Below, piece after piece: positions 9,952-19,666 of a DNA stretch of 64,000 bases (within the stretch, counting starts at the first letter, position 1; every line of letters starts with the position of its first letter). The notes under the pieces were generated by a model, which was not told the origin of the DNA, searched no databases, and saw only the letters and a list, made by a program, of their open reading frames with translations. Made by a program: the position numbers and the translations under genes. Source of the DNA: Chthoniobacterales bacterium (lineage in GTDB: Bacteria > Verrucomicrobiota > Verrucomicrobiia > Chthoniobacterales > UBA10450); contig OZ244652.1 of assembly GCA_965218705.1 (NCBI GenBank), positions 192,327-256,326 on the forward strand. The letters run 5' to 3'.

Positions 9952-12186
9952 CTAGGTCCGACGCTTTGCTTCGCCAGGCATTTTCTTGATGGGGGCCAGG
10001 CGCATGCGTGAGGTTTTTTGCTTCTCCGCCAGTTTTTTCGCCTGCCGCCGGGAATGCTCGCGGAATTGCAACTGCGCCTGCGAACGGGGCGCGCCACCTT
10101 CGGGTCTTAGCCGCACGTAGCTGCCATCCGCCTGCAGCTCGCGCGCTTTGCCGTAATCGGTCAGGAAACGTGGTAGCACTTCGTTAATGATCTCGTTCCG
10201 CACATGCGGTGCCTCGATCGGGAAAGCGATCTCGACGCGTCGATAGAAGTTCCGTGGCATCCAGTCGGCGCTGGCCAGGTAGAGATCGGGAGTCCCTGCG
10301 TTCTCGAAATAATAAACGCGGCTATGCTCGAGGAAGCGGCCCACGATGCTGATGACGCGGATGTTTTCGCTCAAGCCCGGCAGCTTGGGACGGAGCGAAC
10401 AGATTCCGCGCACGATCAGATCGATTTTCACGCCCGCGCAGGAAGCTTCATAGAGTTTCTCGATCACTTCCTGGTCGACTAACGAATTAAGCTTGGCCAC
10501 GATGCGGGCCGCTTTGCCTTCCCGGGCGTGGTCGCGTTCGCGTTCGATCATATCGATCAGGCGGGTATGCAGATCGAAGGGTGCGACCAGCAGTTTTTTC
10601 AGGCCCGGGTAACCAGCCAGCCCAGTCAGGGTATTGAAAACAATGGCGACTTCTTCGGTCAATTCTGGCGCCGTCGTGAGGAGACTGAAGTCGGTGTAAA
10701 TCCGCGCGGTTTTGGGATGGTAATTTCCCGTCCCCAGGTGGACATATTGCCGCAGCCGATCCGGATCGCGCCGCACGATGAGAAGCGTCTTACAGTGAGT
10801 CTTTAAGCCGACCACGCCGTAAACCACGTGCGCGCCGGCTTCCTCGAGGCGCCGCGCCCATTGGATATTGGCCGCCTCGTCAAAGCGGGCTCGCAATTCG
10901 ACCAGGGCGGTGACCTGCTTGCCGGCGGCGGCGGCATCGATGAGCGCTTCTACGATGGGCGAATCTCCGCTCGTGCGGTAGAGCGTGATTTTCATGGCGA
11001 GGACGAGCGGATCGCGCGCCGCGCCTTCCACCAGCTCGACCACCTGATCGTAGCTCTCGTAGGGGTGATGCAGCAAAATATCCTGCTTGCGCATCGCCTC
11101 GAAAATATCCGTGTGCGGCGGCAGGGCGGGATCGCGCGTAGGTTGAAAGACCCGATCCTTTAACTTGGCAAAAGCATCGGTCGCCAGGAGCGGCGCGAGA
11201 TGCGTCATGGAGAGAGGACCGTTGAGCCGGTAAAGATCGGGTGGCGCGAGCTGAAAAAAATCGAGGAGCAGATCGGCGAAATCGTTAGGACAATCGGCCT
11301 CCACCTCCAGGCGCACGGCGTTCCCGCGACTGGACCGGCGTAGCTCCTGTTCGATGCTGCGAAGGAGGTTATCGGCCTCTTCGTCGTCGACATAGAGATC
11401 GCTGTTGCGGGTCACACGGAAGGCGTGTACGCCGTCCAGAATGAGGCCGGGGAAAAGATCGGCCACGTGCTGTTTGATGAGCGAAGCGAGATAGATGTAG
11501 TTCCAACTGTCGTCGCCTTTCTCGCCCCGCGGCATGTGGATGAGGCGCGAGACCGCCCGCGGCACCTGTACAATGGCGTGCATCGGCTCGGCCCCTTTCC
11601 TGGCCCGTGCCCGCACGAGCAGGTTGTGGCTCCTATTGAGGAGTTGCGGAAAAGGATGGCTCGCATCCACGGCCAGCGGCGTCAGCATCGGGAAGACTTC
11701 CTGCTGGAAATATCGCCGCGCCCAGGCCGCCCGCTTGGCGCTGAGCTGATCGACGTTGTGGAGGAAAATGTTGTTCTCGCGCAGGAGCGGCTCGATCTGG
11801 TTGTTCCAGAGCGCGTATTGGTCCGCCACCATCGCGTGCACGACGCGCTCGATCGCTTCGAAGGTTTCCGTCGGGCTCATCCCGTCCGGCCCGACGTCGC
11901 TCGTTTCACTCGCAATCTGCTGTTTGATGCCTGCAACGCGGATCTCGAAAAACTCATCGAGATTCGAACTCACGATCGCGAGAAATTTGACGCGTTCGAG
12001 GAGCGGCTGAGCCGAGTCCTGTGCTTCCTCGAGGACGCGGCGATTGAATTCGAGCCAACTCAGTTCGCGATTGATGAAATTCTTCGGCGCCGAGAAATTG
12101 GGCGGGGCGTTCTCGTCGTTAGGCAACGGCATCGGCACGACATTGTCCGGCGGAGGAGCGGCGGAAGAGGTGGCGCGGGAAGGCAT
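9952..12186 (-). CDS. ppk: Polyphosphate kinase 1
   Basis: Full-length PPK1 similarity (FINRELSWLEFNRRVLEEA..., two PLD-like C-terminal domains). I chose the Met at 12186; the ORF-track start at 12318 runs through a REP element. Confidence 0.93.
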   Translation of the reverse strand: MPSRATSSAAPPPDNVVPMPLPNDENAPPNFSAPKNFINRELSWLEFNRRVLEEAQDSAQPLLERVKFLAIVSSNLDEFFEIRVAGIKQQIASETSDVGPDGMSPTETFEAIERVVHAMVADQYALWNNQIEPLLRENNIFLHNVDQLSAKRAAWARRYFQQEVFPMLTPLAVDASHPFPQLLNRSHNLLVRARARKGAEPMHAIVQVPRAVSRLIHMPRGEKGDDSWNYIYLASLIKQHVADLFPGLILDGVHAFRVTRNSDLYVDDEEADNLLRSIEQELRRSSRGNAVRLEVEADCPNDFADLLLDFFQLAPPDLYRLNGPLSMTHLAPLLATDAFAKLKDRVFQPTRDPALPPHTDIFEAMRKQDILLHHPYESYDQVVELVEGAARDPLVLAMKITLYRTSGDSPIVEALIDAAAAGKQVTALVELRARFDEAANIQWARRLEEAGAHVVYGVVGLKTHCKTLLIVRRDPDRLRQYVHLGTGNYHPKTARIYTDFSLLTTAPELTEEVAIVFNTLTGLAGYPGLKKLLVAPFDLHTRLIDMIERERDHAREGKAARIVAKLNSLVDQEVIEKLYEASCAGVKIDLIVRGICSLRPKLPGLSENIRVISIVGRFLEHSRVYYFENAGTPDLYLASADWMPRNFYRRVEIAFPIEAPHVRNEIINEVLPRFLTDYGKARELQADGSYVRLRPEGGAPRSQAQLQFREHSRRQAKKLAEKQKTSRMRLAPIKKMPGEAKRRT

Positions 12187-12323
12187 GGCGTAAGGGCGCC
12201 CGCGGAGGGCGGACGCGCGAGCAGAAGAAAACCTCACCCGCCGCTTCGCGCAAATCCTCGAATTTGACCTAACGAACAACCCGACAATCGGATTCGGTGA
12301 CCCTTCCGGGGTAGACAAGTCCC

Positions 12324-12351
12324 GCTGCCGGGGACAGCGTCCCCCGGCTCC
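12324..12351. repeat. REP unit (GCCGGGGACAGCGTCCCCGGC type)
   Basis: The gctgccggggacagcgtcccccggctcc hairpin is of the same family as 8091-8120 and 18836-18966. Confidence 0.6.
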
Positions 12352-12392
12352 AGGATTGACGCGCGGCGCGCTTCTCGCACACTCTCCTGTCT

Positions 12393-13703
12393 ATGGCACG
12401 CGAAAGGAAAAAGACAGGCGACAAATGGTGGAACCTCGAAGCGATGGAATGGGTCGCCGTGGCGCTCGCCTTTTTCGGGATTGTGGCGGTCTTCTGCATC
12501 TTTTTCATTCGACGCCACGTCCTCGATTATCACATGGAGCACACCTACGGGGTGAACGATCCTGAGTTCTTCGGCTCCGCTCTCGCCTTGTCCGATCCGT
12601 ATCCGATCCCGGGTAATCGCATCACCCTGCTCCAGAATGGCGACGAATATTTCCCGGCCATGCTGGAAGCCATTCGCGGAGCCAAAAAGACGGTCAATTT
12701 TCAGGCTTACATTGTTTATTCCGACCCCACCGGCCAGGCCTTTCGTGACGCCTTGAGCGAGCGGGCCCGAGCCGGTGTCCAGGTGCGCGTTCTGCTCGAC
12801 GGCGTGGGCAGCGGTTGGAGTCTGGATAATTCCGACGTTAAAATGATGAAGGAAGCGGGCTGTAAGTTTTCCTATTACCATCCACTGCTTTCCTGGCGGA
12901 TCGATCGCACGAATCGCCGCTCGCATCGCCGCGTCCTGGTGGTGGATGGCAAGCTCGGCTTCACCGGCGGCGTCGGCTTTGCCGAACAATGGTCGGGCCA
13001 CGCGCAGGATCCGAAGCACTGGCACGACGTGCAGGCGAAGGTGGAAGGCCCGCTCGTCGGGCAACTCCAAAATGCGTTCGAGGAGCATTGGATCAAAACC
13101 TTTGGCGAAACTCTGAGCGGAGCCGATCAATTCCCGGCCCTGCCGCCGGCAGGCGAAATGAACGCGCAGGTTATTGCCTCGCATTCCTTTTCCATGGCGC
13201 CGGTCCCTTTGACGCAGGCGGTCGCCTTTGCCGCGGCGGAAAAGCGCGTCTGGATTACGAACGCCTACTGCACGCCCAGCGATGCGCAGGTGGATCTGCT
13301 GGTCAAGGCCGTGCAGCGAGGAGTGGACGTGCGCTTCATCGTGCCCGGGGAGAATAACGACCAGCCTCTCACTAAGAGCGCCGGTCGCGCCGCTTACGGA
13401 AAATTACTCGAGGGCGGCGTGAAGATTTTCGAATACAACCCGACCATGATTCACACCAAGGGGATGGTCATCGACAGCCTCTTTTCGATCATCGGTTCGT
13501 CGAATTTCGATCCACGCTCCTCGGAGATTAATGAGGAACTGGATTTGGCGGTTTATGACCGCGAGTTCGCGCGCAAAATGGAAGAGATGTTTGAGAACGA
13601 TCTCAAGAGTTCGACCCAATACACCTACGAACAATTCAAGAGCCGCTCGCTCTGGGAACGAGTCACTGAAGAGGTCATGCTGCCGTTTCGCTCGCAGCTT
13701 TAA
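12393..13703 (+). CDS. cls: Cardiolipin synthase (phospholipase D superfamily)
   Basis: 436 aa with an N-terminal TM and two PLD-type motifs. The first is variant (HRRVLVVDG...GG, Arg in place of Lys) and the second canonical (HTKGMVID...GSSNFD). Confidence 0.88.
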   Translation: MARERKKTGDKWWNLEAMEWVAVALAFFGIVAVFCIFFIRRHVLDYHMEHTYGVNDPEFFGSALALSDPYPIPGNRITLLQNGDEYFPAMLEAIRGAKKTVNFQAYIVYSDPTGQAFRDALSERARAGVQVRVLLDGVGSGWSLDNSDVKMMKEAGCKFSYYHPLLSWRIDRTNRRSHRRVLVVDGKLGFTGGVGFAEQWSGHAQDPKHWHDVQAKVEGPLVGQLQNAFEEHWIKTFGETLSGADQFPALPPAGEMNAQVIASHSFSMAPVPLTQAVAFAAAEKRVWITNAYCTPSDAQVDLLVKAVQRGVDVRFIVPGENNDQPLTKSAGRAAYGKLLEGGVKIFEYNPTMIHTKGMVIDSLFSIIGSSNFDPRSSEINEELDLAVYDREFARKMEEMFENDLKSSTQYTYEQFKSRSLWERVTEEVMLPFRSQL

Positions 13704-13713
13704 GGGCGTTGGA

Positions 13714-13846
13714 TTTAACCGCAGAGGACGCAGAGAAAAGAGGACGAGTTGATGCTTCGTTAGGTCGCTTCTGGAGGGGCCGGCCGATCTCAGCCGGCCT
13801 AACAAATTCTCGTCGCGTTCGTTGCGCTGCGTTCTCTGCGGTTAAT
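13714..13846. repeat. Inverted pair of TTAACCGCAGAG-type REP units between convergent genes
   Basis: tttaaccgcagaggacgcagagaa (13714-13737) faces ttgcgctgcgttctctgcggttaat (13822-13846). The right arm contains the nagA stop codon. Confidence 0.7.
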
Positions 13847-14975
13847 TTCCACCCACAAAAGTGCGGAGCATTTTCAGATCGGGGGAGAGTACGACAAGGT
13901 CCGCATCCCGGCCCACTTCCAGCAATCCTTTCTCGTTCCAGCCCATGGCGCGAGCCGGCGTTTCCGTGGCCATGCGGACCGCTTCGTGCAGCGGGATTCC
14001 CACGACCTCGATCATTTGCCTAACGAGATCGATCATGCGCGCCGCACTGCCGGCCAGAGCGGAGCCGTCCGCCATCCAGCAGGCGCCGTCGCGCACCAGG
14101 CAATCCGCTCCACCAAGATCAAAATGGCTATGGTTAGGTAAGCCCGCTCCCGCGGTCGCGTCGGTCACCAGGCAGATGCCCTGCGCGCCTTTAGCTCGGT
14201 AAAGCAGACGCATCAAGGTGGGGCCGACGTGATGACCATCCGCGATCAGTTCGCAAAAGATCTCCGGCTCGCTCAAGGCAAACTCGAGCAACCCGGCCGT
14301 GCGTTCGCCGTTGCGGCGTCCCATGGAGGACATGCAATTGAAGGTGTGTGTGACTTGGCGCATGCCCCGCTCAAAGCCGGCGCGGGCTTCATCATCCCAG
14401 GCCGCGCTATGTCCTCCGCTGGCGGCGATGCCAGATTCCGTGAGGCGAGAAATCAGCTCCAGCGCGCCCGGTCGTTCGGGGGCCAGGGTGACGCGCCGGA
14501 TGCCTTCGGAGCGGGCGAGTAATTCAGCCGCCCATTTTTCGGTTGGCTCGCGGATGAAGGCGAGCGGTTGCGCGCCGCGTTTGGTCGGCGCGATAAAGGG
14601 CCCTTCCACGTGCGCCCCGCGCAGTTGGGGAAGAGCAGCTTGCGCGGCTCCGATTTGCCTAACGACGCGCACGACCTGGTCGAGTGGTGCTGTCACGGTG
14701 GTGAGGAGCAGCGAAGTGGTCCCACCGCCGGCGTGGTAAGCGCAGATGGCGCGGAAGGCGTCGAGCGTTCCTTCCATCGTGTCACGTCCCATCGCTCCAT
14801 GCAGATGGAGGTCGATAAAGCCCGGGGCGAGGAAGTGGCCGGCCAGATCGATCGCTTCGTCGCCGGGCGCCGGCGCTGCGCGCGTGAGTTCCACGATCTT
14901 GCCCTGCGCAATGCGTAGCGTGAGTCCCTCCTCGATGCGGTCGGGGAAAATCAGGCGTCCATTGGTTAGGATCAT
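13842..14975 (-). CDS. nagA: N-acetylglucosamine-6-phosphate deacetylase
   Basis: Amidohydrolase with FIDLHLHG and NagA-like length and motifs. I chose the Met at 14975 (MILTNGRLIF...) over the extended ORF-track start. Confidence 0.88.
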   Translation of the reverse strand: MILTNGRLIFPDRIEEGLTLRIAQGKIVELTRAAPAPGDEAIDLAGHFLAPGFIDLHLHGAMGRDTMEGTLDAFRAICAYHAGGGTTSLLLTTVTAPLDQVVRVVRQIGAAQAALPQLRGAHVEGPFIAPTKRGAQPLAFIREPTEKWAAELLARSEGIRRVTLAPERPGALELISRLTESGIAASGGHSAAWDDEARAGFERGMRQVTHTFNCMSSMGRRNGERTAGLLEFALSEPEIFCELIADGHHVGPTLMRLLYRAKGAQGICLVTDATAGAGLPNHSHFDLGGADCLVRDGACWMADGSALAGSAARMIDLVRQMIEVVGIPLHEAVRMATETPARAMGWNEKGLLEVGRDADLVVLSPDLKMLRTFVGGN

Positions 14976-15025
14976 CGGCGGGACATCATTGCGTTTCCTG
15001 GGGCGGCAGTCCATCATCCTCCTGC

Positions 15026-16564
15026 ATGAACCCGGAGTTCGATGTCGCGATTTTGGGGGGCGCATTCTCGGGCGCCGCCACCGCGCTGCTGCTGAAACGC
15101 CGCCGCCCGCAGACGCGTATTCTCATCCTCGAAAAAGCGACTGAGTTCGATCGCAAGGTGGGGGAATCCACCACCGAAGTCAGCAGTTGTTTCATGACCA
15201 AGATTCTTGGCCTCACGAGTTATCTTGGTCACGAGCAACTGGTCAAACAGGGTCTGCGTCTCTGGTTCAACAATCGGCCCGAGCAGCCTTTCGATGATTG
15301 TGTCGAGATCGGGGCGCGCTATCAGGCGCGGCTGCCGACCTTCCAGGTCGATCGGTCGAAGCTGGACTCTCATCTGCTTGGTCTGGCCGCGGCGGCTGGG
15401 TGCGAGGTTTGGCAACCGGCCAAGGTGACGCGCTGCGAGCTTAACGGCACGAAAGGGCAGTCGTTAGGCGTGCGCGTCGGAGAAGAGGAACGGCAGGTGG
15501 CTTGCCGCTGGGTGATCGATGCCACGGGACGAGCTTCGTTTCTGGCGCGTAAGCTGGGGCATTTTCGGCCCAACCCGGAGCATCCCATTAACGCGGTTTG
15601 GGCGCGGTTCACCGGGCTGAAGGATTGGGATAGCTACGAGTGGCGAGAGAGATTTCCCGACTACGCGGCCGCCTCCCGAACCGGCCGCGCCTGGGCGACC
15701 AACCACCTCATGGGAGAAGGCTGGTGGTGCTGGATCATTCCGCTCAAAGGCGGTGATTTCAGCGCGGGGCTGGTTTACGACAGTCGTCTTTTTAGTTTGC
15801 CACCGGGCGCGAATCTCGCTGAGCGATTGCATCACCACATCCTCCAGCATCCGGTGGGGCGAGAGATCTTCCTCGATGCCAAAGTGGTCGAGCACGATAC
15901 GCGCGGCTTCTCGGCCCTGCCGTATTCCGTCGACCAAGTCTGCGACGAAGGGTGGGCAATCACGGGCGACGCGGCTGGGTTTATCGATCCTCTCTACAGT
16001 CCGGGTCTCGATTTTTGTTCCTACACGAGCACAGTGGTGAGCGATCTGGTGGCACGCGCGCTCGACGGTGAAGACATGGCGGAACGACGGCGCTATTACA
16101 ACGAGCAATTTGCCATCACTTACCGGTTCTGGTTCGAGACGCTCTACCAAGACAAATACTTTTACATGGGCGAAGCCGATCTGATGTCGGCGGCTCTGCT
16201 CCTCGATGTCGGCACTTATTTCATCGGCCTCGTTAGGCCAGTTTATGCTGATCCCGAGACTGCTTTTCTGGCTTTGCCTTTCGAGGGGTTACCGGGCCGG
16301 ATTTTTGGTGAGATGATGAAGTTCTATAACCGGCGCCTGAGCGCGCTGGCCAAAAATCGCATGGCCCACGGGACGTGCGGTCAACACAATGCGGGCTGGC
16401 GGGAGCTTTACGACGGTTTTGTGCCCGACTTCCGTCTCCACAAACTGATTCGGAAAGGCTTGTTCCGTTGGTGGAAAGCAGAGCTCTTCAATCTGCGCTT
16501 CCTCTTTGCGCGCAGGAAGCAATCACTCGGCGCGCCCTCCCCCGCGGCGGCGGAAGCCTCGTAG
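15026..16564 (+). CDS. FAD-dependent oxidoreductase, flavin-dependent-halogenase-like
   Basis: 512 aa with an N-terminal DVAILGGAFSGA dinucleotide-binding motif, GDAAGFIDPLYSPG, and a WCWIIP match to the WxWxIP motif of flavin-dependent halogenases. Confidence 0.75.
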   Translation: MNPEFDVAILGGAFSGAATALLLKRRRPQTRILILEKATEFDRKVGESTTEVSSCFMTKILGLTSYLGHEQLVKQGLRLWFNNRPEQPFDDCVEIGARYQARLPTFQVDRSKLDSHLLGLAAAAGCEVWQPAKVTRCELNGTKGQSLGVRVGEEERQVACRWVIDATGRASFLARKLGHFRPNPEHPINAVWARFTGLKDWDSYEWRERFPDYAAASRTGRAWATNHLMGEGWWCWIIPLKGGDFSAGLVYDSRLFSLPPGANLAERLHHHILQHPVGREIFLDAKVVEHDTRGFSALPYSVDQVCDEGWAITGDAAGFIDPLYSPGLDFCSYTSTVVSDLVARALDGEDMAERRRYYNEQFAITYRFWFETLYQDKYFYMGEADLMSAALLLDVGTYFIGLVRPVYADPETAFLALPFEGLPGRIFGEMMKFYNRRLSALAKNRMAHGTCGQHNAGWRELYDGFVPDFRLHKLIRKGLFRWWKAELFNLRFLFARRKQSLGAPSPAAAEAS

Positions 16565-16579
16565 AGAGGTGCCTATTTT

Positions 16580-16672
16580 CTCGTGCTCCTGCTCGTGATC
16601 GTAATCGAAGCTGAACGGGCTAGGGGAATCTCGAGCAGGAGCACGATTACGAGCAGGAGCAGGAGCAGGAGT
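16580..16672. repeat. Hexamer-periodic palindromic REP element
   Basis: ctcgtgctcctgctcgtgatcgtaatcg ... cgattacgagcaggagcaggagcaggag; imperfect hairpin just after the stop at 16564. Confidence 0.7.
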
Positions 16673-16677
16673 CGACG

Positions 16678-17610
16678 GTGGCGGGCCGGGGCAATTCGAT
16701 GACTGTTTTGCGCGGCTGGCTTCGGCACTTCGGAGTGCGGGCTGTCCTTTGGCGCCATTATTTGGATTTTGGGATCACCAACATTCCGCTCTACCTGCTG
16801 CCGGTGATTCTTTCCTTTTGGACGACCTTCTTTTATTTCTTCGCGGCTCCGGCCCGGCGTGCGGTGCTGAGCAATCTGCGAATTATTTTCCCAGGCTCCC
16901 ATCCGATCCTCAATCGCCTGCGCACCTGGCGCACGCTTTATAACTTCGCCTGGACGATCGCCGACGCCGCCGATCACCGATTGGCCAAACAAGAGTTTGT
17001 TTACGAACTCGAAGGCGAGGAGATCCTCGACCAATTGGCCGCGTCCCAGGGCGCGATCCTGCTCACCGCGCACATGGGCAGCTACGACCTCGGGGCAGCC
17101 GTCTTCGCGGAAAGATTCCACCGCCAAATTCGGATGGTCCGCGCGCCGGAGGCCGATGCGAAGACCGCCCGACATCTCGATGACTCCCTCCACCGGGCGG
17201 GAGCCGGCGCGCTCAAGGTGGCCTACAACACGTCGAGCATGGCGCTTCCCGTGGAGCTGCTCAACGCCATCCGCCAGGGCGAAATCGTTTCCATCCAAGG
17301 CGATCGCCCTTTGCCCCATATCTCGCAACGCGCGACCCGGCTCTTCGGGGAAGATGTGCAACTGCCGGATGGACCATTCGTGCTCGCCTGTGTCGCGCAG
17401 GTCCCGATTTATCCTGTCTTCATCGTGCGAACTTCGTTTCGGCGTTACAAAATCATCGCGCGGCAGCCGATCGAATGCCGGCGCGCGGGGGGCGACCGGG
17501 AGACGGCCATGGCCGAGGCCATGCTGCGCTGGAGCCGGACGCTGGAAAGCGTAATCGCCGCTCATTGGTCGCAGTGGTTTTCGCTCGTCCCGATTTTCCC
17601 GCGGCGATGA
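16678..17610 (+). CDS. LpxL/HtrB-family lysophospholipid/lipid A acyltransferase
   Basis: 310 aa with an N-terminal TM and an ILLTAHMGSYDL match to the HX4D acyltransferase motif. GTG start; an alternative ATG lies at 16699. Confidence 0.75.
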   Translation: MAGRGNSMTVLRGWLRHFGVRAVLWRHYLDFGITNIPLYLLPVILSFWTTFFYFFAAPARRAVLSNLRIIFPGSHPILNRLRTWRTLYNFAWTIADAADHRLAKQEFVYELEGEEILDQLAASQGAILLTAHMGSYDLGAAVFAERFHRQIRMVRAPEADAKTARHLDDSLHRAGAGALKVAYNTSSMALPVELLNAIRQGEIVSIQGDRPLPHISQRATRLFGEDVQLPDGPFVLACVAQVPIYPVFIVRTSFRRYKIIARQPIECRRAGGDRETAMAEAMLRWSRTLESVIAAHWSQWFSLVPIFPRR

Positions 17611-18083
17611 AATACGGAGCCGAACCAGGGTACGCCTATGCCTTGCCGCGCTTGCTCGCGCGCCTGACTGGCCCGCCGGTGCGACGGGCCGAGCTTTGCC
17701 GATGGGAATTATATGGGCTCGGTTTGCTCGTCCTGGCCATCTGGCTTGTCTTTGGCGGCCATCTGTTTTGTCTTTTCGTTAGGCCGCTTCCTTTACGTCT
17801 CCTTTGGCTGCTCGTCTTGCCGGTGGTGGCTTGGATCGCTTTTCTCCTGCTGGCTTACGTAAATGCACTCGTCCTCCGCGTCTTGCGGCGGCTCGGCCTT
17901 TATCACGAGATCACCAACAAACCGTTCCAAAGTCTTGTCCTTCTCGCGCTCACCACGGTGGTGGCGACCTTGCTGCTCCGGGAAGAATCAACCCTGATGT
18001 GTTCGTTAGGTACGCTCTGGCTGGGACTGCTCCTGCTCAATCTGGCGGCTGGCGTCCTGCTCAGAATCCTGGGGGAAAAGTGA
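17607..18083 (+). CDS. Small integral membrane protein
   Basis: 158 aa, about 4 TM. ATGA overlap with the upstream gene and GTGA overlap with the downstream gene. Confidence 0.55.
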   Translation: MKYGAEPGYAYALPRLLARLTGPPVRRAELCRWELYGLGLLVLAIWLVFGGHLFCLFVRPLPLRLLWLLVLPVVAWIAFLLLAYVNALVLRVLRRLGLYHEITNKPFQSLVLLALTTVVATLLLREESTLMCSLGTLWLGLLLLNLAAGVLLRILGEK

Positions 18084-18838
18084 GCAGGCGTCGCTTCCTC
18101 CTTGGCTTCGCTCTTTTGGCCGCCCTCACTTTTTTGGGGCTGGTCGCTTTTCATCCCTTCCTCGCGCTCGGCCTTCTTTTTGTCTCCCACATGCTCATTC
18201 TCTACCCGACCCTGGTGGCCAATGGCCAATGGTGGGGCCCGGTGGTGACACATTTCGAGACGCCGCAGCGGGAAGTCTGGCTCACGCTCGATGATGGCCC
18301 TGACCCTCTGCATACGCCACGCATGTTGGAGATCTTGCGGCGTTTTGAAGCCCAAGCGACCTTCTTCGTCATCGGTCGCCGAGCCGCCCAGTTTCCGCAA
18401 CTCATCGAGGCGATCCGCGCGGCCGGTCACACCATCGCGAATCACACTGCGTCTCATCCAAGCGGATCGTTCTGGTGCCTGCCGCCGGGCCAGATCGCTG
18501 CGGAAATCGATGGATGCCCGGTGGACTCCCGTTATTTTCGCGCGCCTGCCGGATTAAAAAATTTCTTCGTCCATCCCGCGCTGGAGCGCCGTCAGCTGAG
18601 ACTGGTGGGATGGACGGTGCGCGGCCTCGATACGATCAGCCGGGATCCGCATGCGGTCGTCGGGCGCATCATGCGTAAGGTGAGACCGGGAGCGATCGTT
18701 CTCTTGCACGAAGGACATCGAACGGCGACGGACCCGGATTTTCATCCGCGCTGCCTCGAGTTGACGCTCGCTGCCCTTACGAAAGCGAATTACCGCTGCG
18801 TCCTTCCTGACGAGGGGAAGCTCCAACCACGGTTGTAG
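18080..18838 (+). CDS. Polysaccharide deacetylase (NodB homology domain)
   Basis: LTLDDGPDP, ATFFVIG and NHTASHP motifs. GTG start at 18080 overlaps the previous stop. Confidence 0.82.
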   Translation: MSRRRFLLGFALLAALTFLGLVAFHPFLALGLLFVSHMLILYPTLVANGQWWGPVVTHFETPQREVWLTLDDGPDPLHTPRMLEILRRFEAQATFFVIGRRAAQFPQLIEAIRAAGHTIANHTASHPSGSFWCLPPGQIAAEIDGCPVDSRYFRAPAGLKNFFVHPALERRQLRLVGWTVRGLDTISRDPHAVVGRIMRKVRPGAIVLLHEGHRTATDPDFHPRCLELTLAALTKANYRCVLPDEGKLQPRL

Positions 18839-18966
18839 CCGGGAACGCTGCCCCGGCCGAATGTCTCACCGGTGGCCGAACGATCACGGACGATCGCTGC
18901 AGGGGAGATGGAATTCCCGCTGCGCAACCTTTAGCCTGTCGCGGCCGGGGACAACGTCCCCGGCTG
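18836..18966. repeat. Inverted pair of GCCGGGGAC..GTCCCCGGC REP units between convergent genes
   Basis: tagccgggaacgctgccccggc (18836-18857) faces gccggggacaacgtccccggct (about 18945-18966). The right unit encodes the C-terminal tail of the methyltransferase ORF. Confidence 0.65.
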
Positions 18967-19665
18967 CAACGGCCGTCGCCGGAAAATGAAGAGGTGATTA
19001 TTAAATGGCGTTCCTCCCCAGAGCGGCTCGATCGTGCTGGAAAATTCTTCGCGAGGGAAGGCGGCCAGGATGCGTTCGCGGCTGGGAAAATGGAGAGGCG
19101 TGGAGAGATTCCAACTGATGGCCTGCGCGAAACGTTCCGCCGTTTGCGTGAGCCAAAAACGCGTGTTGCAGTCCTTCGGGCAATCGCGAATCACCAGCAT
19201 CCCGCCCGGCGCGACGCGGGCGGCCAGACTTCGCAGGAGGTCGGACTGTTCGTGAGGCGAAAGATAATGGAGGAGATCGAAGAGAACGAGCGTCCCGGTC
19301 TGCTCGATGGGTGAGCGGACATCCTGTTCGCCGAAATCGAGGTCATGATAGGACGCGCCTGCCACGGCCCGGGCTCGCGCGATTTTGCGGCCATCGCGGT
19401 CGAGTCCGATAATCGGAGGCAGAAAGTGGCGCTCACGTAGATAAAAAGCGAGCAACCCGACACCGCAGCCGACATCGATGAGCGGCTGCTCGGAACCGCT
19501 CAGTAGCTTCCAGGCGGCCGGGAAAACCGGATCGCTCCGCAGCTTGCGCCCAGCGTAGATGCGCAGCCAGCGTTCGCGAAAACGCGCCGCGACTCGCTGA
19601 CAGGCGTCCTCATGCCCGGGCACAAGCGATCCTATTTTCATTGCGTGGTTCCGCGGCGCTGGCAA
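18931..19665 (-). CDS. Class I SAM-dependent methyltransferase
   Basis: [13 protein letters not shown] motif I and about 240 aa length; the start is either 19665 or 19641. Confidence 0.8.
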   Translation of the reverse strand: MPAPRNHAMKIGSLVPGHEDACQRVAARFRERWLRIYAGRKLRSDPVFPAAWKLLSGSEQPLIDVGCGVGLLAFYLRERHFLPPIIGLDRDGRKIARARAVAGASYHDLDFGEQDVRSPIEQTGTLVLFDLLHYLSPHEQSDLLRSLAARVAPGGMLVIRDCPKDCNTRFWLTQTAERFAQAISWNLSTPLHFPSRERILAAFPREEFSSTIEPLWGGTPFNNHLFIFRRRPLQPGTLSPAATG

Positions 19666-19666
19666 A

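Noticed and set aside
12234-13184. 316-aa minus-strand ORF opposite the cardiolipin synthase gene. Similar long shadows occur at 11425-12267, 31529-32497, 33194-34606, 48908-49924 and 52824-53714
   Set aside because: Each lies antisense to a gene with clear family motifs and has no motifs of its own. These are high-GC shadow ORFs.
16580-16672. Hexamer-repeat elements as CRISPR arrays or tandem-repeat loci
   Set aside because: There are no direct repeats of 24-40 bp separated by unique spacers. The elements are palindromic hairpins of under 100 bp, and no cas genes are present.
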